From Caecitellus pseudoparvulus (taxonomy: Eukaryota; Protista; Bigyra: Bicosoecida), in contig CBFFRQ010000032.1 in the NCBI GenBank assembly GCA_965644315.1, positions 62,001 to 126,000 of the forward strand: DNA of 64,000 nt, written 5' to 3'. How positions within the stretch are numbered: the stretch's first letter is position 1; each line of letters begins with the position of its first letter. The translations under genes were made by a program, and so were the position numbers. Under the pieces are notes generated by a model. That model saw only the letters and a list, made by a program, of their open reading frames with translations. It made no database searches and was not told where the DNA came from. This document shows, piece after piece, positions 24,355 through 35,990 of this stretch.

Positions 24355-27300
24355 ATGGCTCGAGTGTCTCCTGAGGGCCGGGCGCGGCACCATTCGTGCG
24401 CTCCCGCACCGTGCTGCTCACACTCCACTCGGCAAGGCCATCACTGGTCAACACCTGCTGAAATCGCCCGTGCTGTGCACACTTCCAAGGCCTTCGATGC
24501 GTTTGTCAGCGGGTGCATTTTTGCCAGGTACGGCTGGAGCTCTGTACGCATGACCTGTGCGCTTCCACACTCAGTGCTCCCGCTCGCAGTTGTCTGATCC
24601 TTGCTCTGTCACCAGGAACCAGTGCAAAGAGCTTTGCGGGCATACAAACTTACTCATCAGACTGGTGGTACAAGGTGGGAAATGCCTTCATCTTGGCAGT
24701 GTTTCTGTTGGTACGTTGGTTGCGGAGTGTATCGTGCGGCAGCCCTCCCAGAGCCCGCAGTCACTCTTGTACAGGAGTTGGTGCTCAAACTTGTCGCTGC
24801 CGGATGGAAGGAGTACATCCACGACAAATGGAATCAACTAGACTTTGTTTGTGTAATGACGGCAGTTCTTGACGTGATTCCAGATTTGAATTCGTCTTTC
24901 TTTGGGCTCTTCCGAGCTTTGCGCGTGCTCCGCGTTCTGCGCACTCTGCGCTGGTTCAACGGACTGGCTCTGGTCCTTCACTCACTTGTGGGCGGCAGCA
25001 CCTACCTACTGCAGGTGTTCGTGGTTTTCCTGACCTTCTGTATTCTGGCTGGCATTGTAGGAATCGAAGAATTCGGGGGTGCGCTCAGACGGCGGTGCCA
25101 CACGACCGAGGGCGGAGTGGATGTCCTCTTGCAGCTGCCAGACCCAGAGCCGCCAGCGTTCTGCATGATGCCTGCAGATGGGATGGGATCCTTTGGTCTT
25201 GATTGTGAAGACCTCGGTGTTGCAGTTGGCTCCACCAGCTTCTGTGCTTCGGTGCCGACCAACAGTATTGCTGAGGGCACGCTGCACTTTGATCACATTG
25301 GCGTGGCCCTTCTGTCAATCTTGCAAGTGGGCTCCTTGGAGGGTTGGACCTCTGTTGCATACTGGCTCCATGATGCGACGGGCCCCTGGGCGGTGGTTTT
25401 CGTGGTTCTTGTGGTCGCTGGCGTGAATTGGCTTGTCTTCAACATCTTCATCTCCGTCATCTGCGGCCTCTTTGCCACGACATGGGCGCAGTACGAGAGG
25501 GAAGTCACGAAACAGACAAACCTCCTGCATTTGCAGCATGCCGCTGCTGAGAGCCGTGCCCTGCTCAAGGCAGAGGAAAGCAGTGCCCCCGCACCCTCAG
25601 TCGCGGCTGTCCCAGCGCAAGCGAAACCCGCACTGGCTGCTGAGCGAGCTCATTCTGCCCCATCACTGGCTGGGAAAGGTAGCGCAGGTTTAACCAAGGC
25701 CAGATCCCTTGTTCACATGGCCACGGCCTTTGCATCAACGAGAAAGGGGGTAGGCAACGAAGATGCCCCGCTTGGGGATCGAAGCGCCTCTTCCAACCGA
25801 CCTGTGTGGCATGTGCATGTGGTCCTTGCCGCCGTGCGCATGCTGAGAGTACCTCAGCATCACTTGATACTTGACTCACTGCGTCACTGCTGCTGGCTCC
25901 CCGTCAGCCGCTTCATGGCGCGCTGGCAGAAGCAGTCCATGGTGTTTGATCTGGCCACCTGCGTCGCACTGATGGCGCTTGCCTGTCTGCTCGTCGTGCA
26001 GGCAAGTGTTCCGCTGGAAGCAGCGGATTTAAGACTTTCACTTCTTTGCTTGCGCTTGGTTCTCTGCTGTGGGCTTGCTGTTGAAGTTGTGCTGCGCAAC
26101 ATTCAAGATGGCTTCAAGCATTGGACTTCAGTCACCGCAGGAGGGGAAAGCCTGCTCACTTTTGTGTCGCTGGTGGCCACGTTTGGCGCCCTTTCTGAAT
26201 TCCCGAAAGAGCCAGGCACGCTATTGCTTGCTGGGCAGTCCCTCGTGGCCTTGCGACTCGTAAGGACAATTCGTTTGGCTGAGGTTCTGCGACCAGTGCA
26301 GCGCGTGCTAGCGCTCATTCGAGGGGCAGGAGATGCAATGATACTGGTTGTGGCCGTGAATATCTTCGTTATCAGCATGTGTGCTCTTCTCGGGATGCAG
26401 CTGTTCAGCTCCCAGGCCGAGGAGCCAAGTGCTGCAGCCACCGATGACGCCATCTCACGACTGCGCTTCAACTCCTTCCCGAACTCCATACTGACTCTGT
26501 TCGTCGTGGCATCCGGAGAAGCGTGGACGGTCATCATGCAGGGAGCATTTCGAGATTTCGGTAGCCCTGGCATGCTGTTCATCATGCTGTTCTACCTCCT
26601 CGCGGAGCTGGTACTTCTTCCCCTCCTCGTGGCAAACATCGTCACAAGTCTCTCTGCCGCTGATGAGGACCGCCGCATTAGCCAGGGGGTTGAGTTTGTG
26701 CGCCTGTGGAAAAGGGAGAGGCACAAGAAAATTACCTTCCTCAAGTCGCTGCGAAGCTCTCCTGGTCCCACCGCCTCAAATCAAGCGGCTGGGGCAGCGT
26801 CGCCCGCCGTGGCACCCGTGCAGCTGCTCCCTCCGCCCCTCCCGCCACTTGGCAGAGGACATGACGATTCCCGGAGCCAGTCGGAGTCAACATACCATGA
26901 CTCAGCCCTGCTTGAGACTACGTCACTGCCTTCCGCGGTCCTGCAGCCTGATCCACTCAGCAACAAGATGAACAGGGAAGCGTTTGATGTTTCCCTGCAG
27001 GCATTCCAAGACATGGTGCGGTCTAGATTTCGTCGAATCGCGCAGCGCATAGTCACTCTCAGGCGCTTAGGGGGGCTAGCAGCATTTGCGAGGAGCTTGC
27101 CGAGGAGGAAAGCAGCCCAGCAGGGTTCATCAGTGCTCGCACCAGCTGTGCCCGCCCAAGCAAGGCAAGGGTTCAGCGACGATCCCCACACTCGCAACAT
27201 CAACCAACTGCCTTGGCCACATTTTCGTTGGGAACAGGCAAAACGCGTCGTAACTGAACTCTGGTGGAAGCTCAGACTCCTTGCTCGAGCCCATGAGGGG

Positions 27301-30300
27301 TACACGCTGGGGTGCCTGCGACCCGACGGGTTCTTTGCATCGAGTGCTCGAAGGCTGGAAGACTCTCTCGCATTTAAGGAGGGCATGCTTTTGGTTGTCA
27401 TTGCTCTCGTAGTGTGTGCATCCCAAGGGGCCCATGCCCTCAATTCTTCTACAGAGCTGACGTTGGCGTGGGTGGAAGCCGCCTTGAGCGTCATGTTTGT
27501 GCTTGAGTTGGCCGTACACGCTGCGGCTCGAGGGCTGCTCTTCACAGACAACCCCTGCTCTGCAGATGGGTGGTTGCAACTGGAAATGGCAGCTACCGTA
27601 GCAAATGTGCTCAGTGCGGCAGCGACGCTGCACCGCTTGAAGACTCGAGAGCCGGCAATTGTAGTACGGCACGTTGACTCGGTCCTGCGCTGCCTTCGCC
27701 TGCTGCGCGTGCTGACGGTGCTGAAGCGGGTTCCTCCCGCTGTTAACTTGTTAGCAACCATCAAGCGAGCTGGGCATGAGCTCATTGCAGGATTTGCAAT
27801 GCTTGCTGTTGTGGTCCTGAGCTTTGCCGTAGTTGGGAACTTCACCTTCGCCCATGGCTTGGGTCGGTGTTCAGACGATCAGCTCACCAGCAAGCAAGCA
27901 TGCGAGGCACTTCACGGGGCCAATCTAACAGACATGTCTTCAGCAGCGTGGGTCGTCCCGGAAAGCAACTTTGACACCTTGGCAGCTTCCGCCGTCACAC
28001 TCATTGAAGTGGCAACTCTGGAAGGGTACGTTGAGGTAATGCTTCGATGCATGGACATGAGCGGCAGGTACCTTGGCCCCAAACGGGATGCAAGTGCCTT
28101 TACAGCGGTCTTTTTCATGTTGTACATCGTTGTTGTGGCGTATGTGCTCCTGCAGTTCCTCGTAGCCATCGTATTGGTGAGCAGCCAGGACACAGCAGCA
28201 CTGCTCACCAAGCAGCAACGGGAGTACCACAATGTCCTCGCGTATAGCCAAGTGATGGCGCCCAAAGTGGACGTGGAACATGCTTTGATCCAGCAAAAGC
28301 AGCTAGCTTCGGGTGTTCTGGCCGCTCGCAAGTCGATGCCCTTCCAGGCATGTGGCAGCTCTCGGCACAGCACACCTGCTGTGGAGTCAGAACGAAGCAA
28401 GCGCCTTGCTCCCATCAGGCTGCAGGGCCAGCCAATCCCACCGCCTCCGCAAGGACAGCAATCGAGTGATAACCAGAGCACTGCCGCCCCCCACTTGGAC
28501 TCGCTGGCAGCCGCGCTCATCGAGTTTTCTCACCACTCACGCGACACTCCCCATGCACCCGGCCCCACAAGCACTCCTCCACCTGCACCGCGTGCCAGGC
28601 CGGACTTCGCCTGCCGAGTTTGCAGACTGTCACAGGTGCTAGACTGGGTGTTTGCAGTATGGCAGGCAGCTCGACGTGTGGCACGAGACCTCGCTGTGCC
28701 GTGCGGGAAGGATGCCGAGCAGTGCGAGAGCCAAGGGCGCCAGCTGCATTGGGCGCACTCAAACTTCGAACGTGCGTCTTGGTTCGTGAGCGTGTTGAAC
28801 ACAGTGCTGCTTTTATCATACCATACGCCCCTGAACCGTGATTGGGAGCCGTTTTGGGAATGGGGCAGGGCTGCGTGTCTTACCTGGATCTGTGCTGAGG
28901 TTGCCCTGCAGCTGCTTGGACTTGGCTGGGCTCGCTTCTGCGCATCAAAGTGGAACCTCTACGACTTGTGTGTGTGTGTGCTCTGTGTGTGCCTCGCAGG
29001 CATCCCTACAGCTTACCTGGACACGGCACGTCGCTTGGGGCGCATGCTGCTGGGTGCCCGAGCAATCCGGGTTGCGATGCTGTCCCCGGGCGTGTACGTC
29101 CTGTTCAACACGCTAGCGATTTCCATCAAGCAGATCAGCGGGGTTGCGTTCGTGTTGGGAATATTCATTGCGCTGTATGCACTGGTGGGCATGGAACTGT
29201 TCGGGCACATCGGTCCTGAAGCGCGAGGGACCGCCAGCGCCTCCACTTTCTACGCCTGGCTCCGCCGCAGCCCACCAATCGGCGACACGGCGACAGCAAA
29301 CGCATCCCTGGGTCAGCACACCTTGGAAATCTCACAAGCCCTCAGTGCAAACTCATCCTCTCCTTTCAATGCCATGGGGAGGCACGTGAATTTTCAGACG
29401 TTTGGCGTGGCGTTGCTGACCATGCTACGGGTTGCAACTGGCGAGGACTGGCCTTCCCTTCTGCATGACATTCGACGGTTCCATCCGGTAGCTGGCCCGT
29501 GCTTCTTCTTGACATTTGTTGTTTTCTGTGGGCAGCTTCTAGTCCAATTCTTTCTCTCTTTCGTGATCATGCGCTTCGAGCGCTGCTGGTCGCTCGTCCG
29601 CGGCCAAGTCACCTTCAGCGACCTGCAGCGCTTCAAAGCTCTTTGGAGGCAGCAACACTTCGCCGGGGGTGCACATGCGCTGCACATGCAGTTCTCCAGA
29701 ACTCGAGCATTCTTGGAGGCTTTTGCATTGGCAAGAGATGCGCGGGCACAGGCCATTGCGCGGGGTATCCACGAGTTTGGCGAACACAGTATGGGCAGTG
29801 GTACCAGCTCCTCCTTGCCGGGAAGCGCTGTGAAGTTGGCAGCGGTGGCAAGTGACATGGCAAGGACAAAAATTGCTAGCCTGAGTCCAGAGACAGATGA
29901 AGAGGTTGGGCATGCACTCCACTTTGCAGCTCTCGAGCAAGACACCACTTCGCACCCGCAGCTGTGTGAAAGGATGCGGTCCAGCCGCAGTGCTTTCGGC
30001 GGAAACCAACCACATGGAAGACAAGCAGCACCCTGTCGTAGTAGTACTATAGGCCAAGGTGTCCAGGCGGTGGCCCGGAGTATCCTGAGTGCTGTGCAAG
30101 GCAGCGCTTTGAGCATGACAGAGCTGCAGGCGTTCGTGCACGTCGGCCTGCACTCCCGTCTGTGGTGGGCTCTGCTGAGGGAAGAGCTGCGTGATGCAGC
30201 TGTTCTGTACACGGCACGTGCAATGGTGGATTCAGCGGAGGCAAGTAAGGAAGCTGATGTGCACACAGACCGCCGCGGATGTGTGTGCGCCTGCCCATCG

Positions 30301-30891
30301 AGACTGGGTTGGTGCCAGGCGACGGACGGCGGCAATCTGAGCAGGGCCGAGAGCCCAACTGGTGCAGACGACCTTGCAACTCCCTCGCATACCTCATGGT
30401 CGTTTTCCAGTGCAAATGGCGTGTCTTATGGGTCCTCGTCGGCCCTCATTCGAGGGGAACTGACAAGCGGCGGCCTCGCAGCCCTGCGGGCAGGCTTGCC
30501 AGTCAAGCAGGCGACGTCAGAGCCGGCTGGGGGACTTGAACGGTGCATTCACATTGCCCGTGGCCTACCGGATTCAGCCCTTGGCATTCCGTTCGAAGCC
30601 ATCGTAGCAATTGTCTGCAAGTGGCACTTTGGCCCCGCCGTGCTGCTGCCAAGGGAACGACTGCATGCCAGCATGGACATGAAGCGATGGTACCAACACG
30701 TCCTTGTCGCTAGAGTACAATCCCAGTGGCGGCGACGACTTGCAACACAGCACGTCACTGTGGTGCGGCAGCGCGCATCTCAAGGGCACATGTCAGTGAT
30801 GCTCCGGCAAGCGTGTGCAGCACGGATCCAGCGCACGTGGCGAGCGTCACGAAGGCGACGTGGCACCACCTGCGCCGTCACTTCAGGATGA
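24355..30891 (+). CDS. Four-domain voltage-gated cation channel alpha subunit, Cav-type EEEE filter; join(24355..24527,24590..24710,24775..30891)
   Basis: Four P-loops SLEGW, SGEAW, TLEGY, TGEDW. S4 helices include FRALRVLRVLRTLR and LRCLRLLRVL. Two C-terminal IQ-like motifs. Introns of 62 and 64 nt (GTACGG..GCAG, GTACGT..ACAG) restore domain I S1-S2. Confidence 0.9.
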
Positions 30892-32415
30892 TTTCCCTGC
30901 ACTGAGGAATGCCCCAACACCCATGGTTCGCTTGGCTGCGACTGAGTGGTACCCTCGTGAGTGCCGTCGTCTCTTACGGCCGCCAACTCTTGCAGGTGGC
31001 TGTGTGGGAAGCTCGTCGCCTTGTGCAGGCGTGCAGGTGCTCGCGCCAGCTGACATTGCAGGTGATGTGGGTGATGCTGCGGGTTTGTTCCTGGTTGAGG
31101 GCCCATCCACAGCCCAAGCATCAACCACAAGGCTCCAATCCTGCAGGATGATAGCTGGCCGTTCAGAGCCATCCGGCGCGGCAACTGCCGCGGGAAACCA
31201 TTGCGCAGGGGATTGCGGGGTCGCAAATGCAAAGGCCCCCACCTCAAGCGGCACCACGTAACATTGTTGCGCCTCCACTGTGCTGGGTGCGACTCGCGCA
31301 GGGAAGGTGCGTGCAGCCACGCCTGCTGAGCCGGCATCGCCTCGAGTGTGCACGGGTGGCAGGGTTTGAACGACCAGCGTGTCACCTGCTTGAGGCATGA
31401 CGAACGCTGGAAGTCGGCAGCAGGCCAGTGAGGTCAATTCATCGTAGCCGATCAGTTCCCTTGCTGTGCTTGGCAAGCGCAAGCGCAGCAAGCAGCCCGG
31501 CTTCCAGCCCTCGATGCACCCGCGTGAAGTGGGCGGGAAAGCCTGGAGCAGGGAGGCAGACTGCACTTGCTGCACAGGTTCGTCAGACTCCGTGTGGGAC
31601 TGCACTCCAACTACCTCGTCGCGCTGACTAGGCTCTTCGAAGTTCTCCATTGGCTGCTTCTCCGCGACCAGTGCAAAGCGGGTGCTTGAGAGCCTAGATG
31701 CCTCGGAACCAAGCACTGATGCCTCTCCGACGTCAGCTGTGGCTTCTTCCTCCGCACTGCTACTGTCACTTGAGGTGAGTGCATCATCCCCCGATGTGCT
31801 GCTGCTCTCGCTAGAGGAGTCATCGCTGGATGTGTCATCGCTTGACATTTCATCACTGGAAGTGTCATCGCTTGAGATGTCATCGCTGGATTCGCTCAAG
31901 GACAAATACGCCAAGGGGCCCTGCTGGGCCACAGCAACAGGGGAGGCCAAAGGCATAGAGGTGTCCTCTCGTATCCCATCTCCTTCGAGCAGACCCTCTG
32001 CCGTCGTGTCCGCGTGAGTGTCGGACTGGGCAAGGTGTGCGCCAGTTTGCTGCTGTGCAATCTCAACAGCACAGCTTCCCCACCGATCAGGGCGGACGTC
32101 TGACACAATAACATCAACAACCCACCCATCACGCAGCATGGAAAGGGGTGCTGTGCTCGGGATGACATGCCCGTGTGCTCGGCAAAGCAGGAACTTTGCG
32201 GGCGTGCCCGGCGCTGCCATGAGCAGTGCGTCCAGCCAACCCTGCGCAAGCCACTGCTGCACAGCCTCCCCTACAGTCCCATGGCTTGCCAAGGGGACTA
32301 GCACTGAGTTAAATCCAGGCGTTCCGGCTGGTGGCACAAGGCAGCGCACGACAATGCTGGGGGTGTGTGCAATGCCCGTTTCATCGGCGTTTCGCCCCTC
32401 CATGCTCAGGAACAT
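30883..32415 (-). CDS. Coilin-like protein (N-terminal ubiquitin-like/Coilin_N region, acidic Ser tract, possible Tudor-like region)
   Basis: FLLCRAHGHVIPSTAPLSMLRDGWVVDV resembles Coilin_N (L.L.G..LP..ES...LRD.D.V.V). SSDD acidic repeats. PQAGDTLVVQTL resembles the coilin Tudor start PQVGEKIAFKL. Basic NLS RKRRR. Resemblance judged by eye only. Confidence 0.5.
   Translation of the reverse strand: MFLSMEGRNADETGIAHTPSIVVRCLVPPAGTPGFNSVLVPLASHGTVGEAVQQWLAQGWLDALLMAAPGTPAKFLLCRAHGHVIPSTAPLSMLRDGWVVDVIVSDVRPDRWGSCAVEIAQQQTGAHLAQSDTHADTTAEGLLEGDGIREDTSMPLASPVAVAQQGPLAYLSLSESSDDISSDDTSSDEMSSDDTSSDDSSSESSSTSGDDALTSSDSSSAEEEATADVGEASVLGSEASRLSSTRFALVAEKQPMENFEEPSQRDEVVGVQSHTESDEPVQQVQSASLLQAFPPTSRGCIEGWKPGCLLRLRLPSTARELIGYDELTSLACCRLPAFVMPQAGDTLVVQTLPPVHTRGDAGSAGVAARTFPARVAPSTVEAQQCYVVPLEVGAFAFATPQSPAQWFPAAVAAPDGSERPAIILQDWSLVVDAWAVDGPSTRNKPAASPTSPAMSAGASTCTPAQGDELPTQPPARVGGRKRRRHSRGYHSVAAKRTMGVGAFLSAGKSS
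31819..31893 (-). repeat. Five imperfect 15-bp coding repeats encoding (x)SSD(D/E)
   Basis: + strand units: gtcatcgctggatgt / gtcatcgcttgacat / ttcatcactggaagt / gtcatcgcttgagat / gtcatcgctggattc. Confidence 0.85.
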
Positions 32416-32696
32416 GTGCCTGCGCCAGGGAAGCGGGGAAAACGAAAACTCTGCTCAGAAACCTTCACAACATTATCATTTTGATTTTAGTCTCCATTCA
32501 AGAAAACCTGGGAAACTGCGCCTGGCTTTCTTCGGAAAGTGGCATCCCCTTCCACACGCGAAAGTATGTGAGCACACGAGCGGGCCATTGACAGACCACC
32601 TGCTGCATTGCATGGATGCCAAGAAGGGCAGGTGCCCATCACGAAGCAGGATGGGTCCTCCTCAGCAACACCACGGCGGGCACATGGGCAAGCCGC

Positions 32697-33498
32697 TTAC
32701 AGCATCTTGCGCACCAGGCCGTTGATCTGCTCCTGGCGGCAGCCAGCGTCGCCGCCCTCGTTGTAGTGCAGGCGCTTCTTGGTGAAGCCGCCGGAGGGAG
32801 AAGACAGCTTGAAGGGCCACAGGAAGTTGTTGGCGGCCTTGAAGGCGGGGCCGACGGTGTAGATCTCGTGGATGAGGTCCTCAATGCAGATGATGTCGGC
32901 ATCAGCGACGCCCTTGAAAGAGCTCTCCACCATGGCGTTGTCAGTGATGGGGATGCGCTGCTTGTTGACCTTGCCGAAGCCACGCTTGTAGATGAGCTCC
33001 TTGACGGTCTTCAGGTTGGGGTAGCCCCAGGCGACGTAGGGGGTGACGATCTGCAGCATCTGGAGGGTGGCCTTGTTCAGGCGCACGAAGACGGCGTTGT
33101 GAATCTGGCGCAGGCGCAGCAGCTGCAGCACCTTGCGGACCTTGGGGGACACACCCAGCACACCACGGATGCGCACCACCAGGGCCAGCTTGGCCTGGGG
33201 CTCCACGAAGAAGTCACCGGAGGCGCGGGCAGCGCGGCGGGCCTTGATCAGGCCCTGCTCTGCCTGCAGGTACTCCTGGACGTACTTCTCAGCACGCTTG
33301 AAGTGCTCGGCCTTCTTGGCCTTGTTGGCCTGCGGGGAAGTGAGAGCGTGACGGGCGTGCGAGGTCGGTCAAGAAAAGCTGGCGGAAGGTGCAGCCACGC
33401 ACAACCTTGGCCTCCGCGCGGGCAGCGGCGGCGGCGGCAGCAGCCTCCTGCTGCTGGGCACGCTTCTTCAGGAAGCTCTCGGGGACGTGACTGTGCAT
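32697..33498 (-). CDS. RPL7: 60S ribosomal protein L7 (uL30), 242 aa; complement(join(32697..33329,33403..33498))
   Basis: Motifs [41 protein letters not shown] and [10 protein letters not shown]. 73-nt GTGCGT..CCGCAG intron. Exact start codon slightly uncertain. Confidence 0.97.
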
Positions 33499-34420
33499 GG
33501 TAGGCGTGGGGCGGGCTGATCGGTGCGAGCCCTGCTCTGCGGCGAGATGGTGTGTGCGGATTTCCGCCACCACAGCCAAGGGCAGTGGGCGCCCAGGCAG
33601 TGGGAATGGAGCTGGCAAGCCACTCCAAATGATTTTGGGTCGAGGAAGGGAGCTGACTTGTGCTACAAGGTCAGCTGCCCCGCGACGACAATGCGCATCC
33701 GCGCCCCTGCACGTTGGTGCAGTGCAGGGGCGGGAGCACCGAGTGCCAGTCCCGCGCACAGCACGGGCTGACCCGAGATGCACAAAAGTGCACTCAGTCA
33801 CTCAGAATTTAAGGAGAAAGGCCATTGGCCGTACTCCCATGGCCAGCAAGGCTGTTCTGCACCGTGAACGGGCAGCAGCATGCTGAGAAGGGCTGCGGCG
33901 GCAAGGGCCGCACACGCAGATGTCCAAACTCGACTGTCCTGAGCCCTCCTTGCCTTGAACTGGGTGGAAGTCCCCTCCACTCACGCGGCATCAGTGTCCA
34001 GCTCAGCCAGGGTGGGGGCTTGAACGCGGCGAGGCTGTGGGGGGGAGGAAGAGTTGCCTCGTGCCGTGGTGCGGAACACGGTGCTGGTGCAGCGCAGGTT
34101 CAGGGCTGCACACCCACCATGATGGAAGAGGAGGGTGTTGATGGGTGGGTCACAACAATGTGCACACGGCATCAGCAGGGGAGCGTGTTGGTGGTCTTGG
34201 AAAAGTATCATGTGTGTGTGAATGCGAGTTCAAGCTGACTGGGCAGTGCTGCATTTCGCCTGGCCCCCACTGCTGGCGCAGGGCTCGCCCCCGGCCACAT
34301 GCAGGCGCGAAGTGGCACGAAGGTCGGGGCAATGGGTGCCAGTAGCCTGTGCCTGTCAAATTCTGAAAAGATTGCCGCCCTGAACAGCTCCCTTCGTACA
34401 CTGTGGGGGGACCCTTGCCC

Positions 34421-35647
34421 TCAGGTCTGCACTCGCAGCTTGGCTGTTGTGAGAGCTTGCAAGACGCTGAGCTCGACGAGCACCTCTGTTTGCTTGTCCT
34501 TGTCTGTGAACTGCTCGATGGGGCTGTGCAGCAGACCGGCAGAGTGCGCGTGCAACTCTGCAGCAATGACGCCGCCACCCTCTTCGTTGGCTCGGTCCAA
34601 CACTTCTCCCAAGTACTGCAGACGCTGCAGTCGCAGCTGCAGTCGGTCCGAAGCTCGCCTTACGAAGCCCTGTGCCTGTGCAAACATTGAAGAGGCGGCT
34701 TCCCTGTCCTCTGCGAAACTTTCGCCCTCGTTAGAGGCAGTGGCGTTTGTGTGTGTCCCATTCACCTGCGCCGACAAGCTTGGTGGAGGACTGGGGGTGG
34801 GGAGCACCTCCAGGCACTCTTCTGTGGTATTCCCGGCTGTTTGGCAAGCCTGCATCGATGCGTTGTGTGCCGCTTGGGCGCTCTCGTGCCGGCGCTGCGC
34901 CTGGCGAAGTGCGCGGGCTTGCAACTTGGCTTGCAAGGCCGCCTGCTTCGCTTGGTGCACGGCAAGGGCCTGGCCATGCTCGACCTTTTCCAAGAGGTGC
35001 AGGGCATTTGCAGCTGGGCCCAGAGCGTCGTCCATGTCGCCAAAGAGGTCCATGCTCTTGACCCGGATTGCATCCACTTCGGCGGCGTACTGGGCTGCTC
35101 CCTTGTCGTCAGCAAAGTGCACATCAAATGGTACGGCAGCCCGGATGCCCTCAGGGAATACCCTCAGCGCTGGGAGTGCTTGTAGGGCAAACATGCCCAG
35201 GAAGGCCCGGTGCTTGCCGCAGTCGGCGAGCAAGACGTCCACGTTGTCCCCCTCAAACTCCGCAGGTAGGTCGGCAACGACCGACTTGAAGGCAGCCCAC
35301 CTCTGCACACACGGAACAGGGGATTTGAACCACACGAAGCGACGTCAAACGACAGTGCGTGCTAGGGAGGAAGCCCTTTCGACGTAAACCGGCCTCCACG
35401 CGCCTGCTGGCGGCCAAGTCGAGGGGCGTGGGCGGAAATCGACTCAACGCACCGGAAGCTCGGGGTTGTAGAACACCACGACGACCGTGGCTGACCCATT
35501 CAAGCGCTGCTGCAGAGCGTTTTTGTATGGCACAATGCTCTCTGGAAGGGGAGGGTCAGCCTGGGCCTCGGCACAGCAATGCGCGACGGCCGCCAGCACC
35601 AAGGATGCGATTGTGCAGGCCTTGGCGGCGTTTGAGCCGCTCCCCAT
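34421..35647 (-). CDS. Secretory-pathway protein, ERp29/PDI-D-like (signal peptide, CxxC-less thioredoxin fold, helical ERp29_C-like end); complement(join(34421..35302,35453..35647))
   Basis: Signal peptide ACTIASLVLAAVAHCCAEA. Thioredoxin-like VVVVFYNPE..VLLADC..F.LQALPALRVFP. C-terminal YLGEVLDRANEEGGGVIAAEL..K..E....LSVLQAL resembles ERp29_C. 150-nt GTGCGT..GTGCAG intron. Confidence 0.55.
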
Positions 35648-35990
35648 GCTGCGCAGAGCTCCAGTATGTCGTGCAGCGTGCTGGACACATCGGATGGAGT
35701 ACACATCTATCGTCCCTGGGCTGGTGTGATTTGTCTCCCTGTCAACGCTGCCGACTGGGAGCCACCCCCAGCAAGCTCGCTTGCGGCTCAAAGCTAACCC
35801 TCTCTCGCACCCCCCCTCCTCCCAGCAACCTGCAATGGGGGCGCAGATAACATGCGGGGAGGAGCGGGTGCTCGTGGTTGGCAAAACGATTGGACAACCA
35901 ACGTGCAGACGCAACGTCACCTTGCCTTGGCCTTGGCTGTCTGGAGTGCGTGGCAGGAAGTGCAGTGCAGCAGCGAGACACGCCGGAGCG

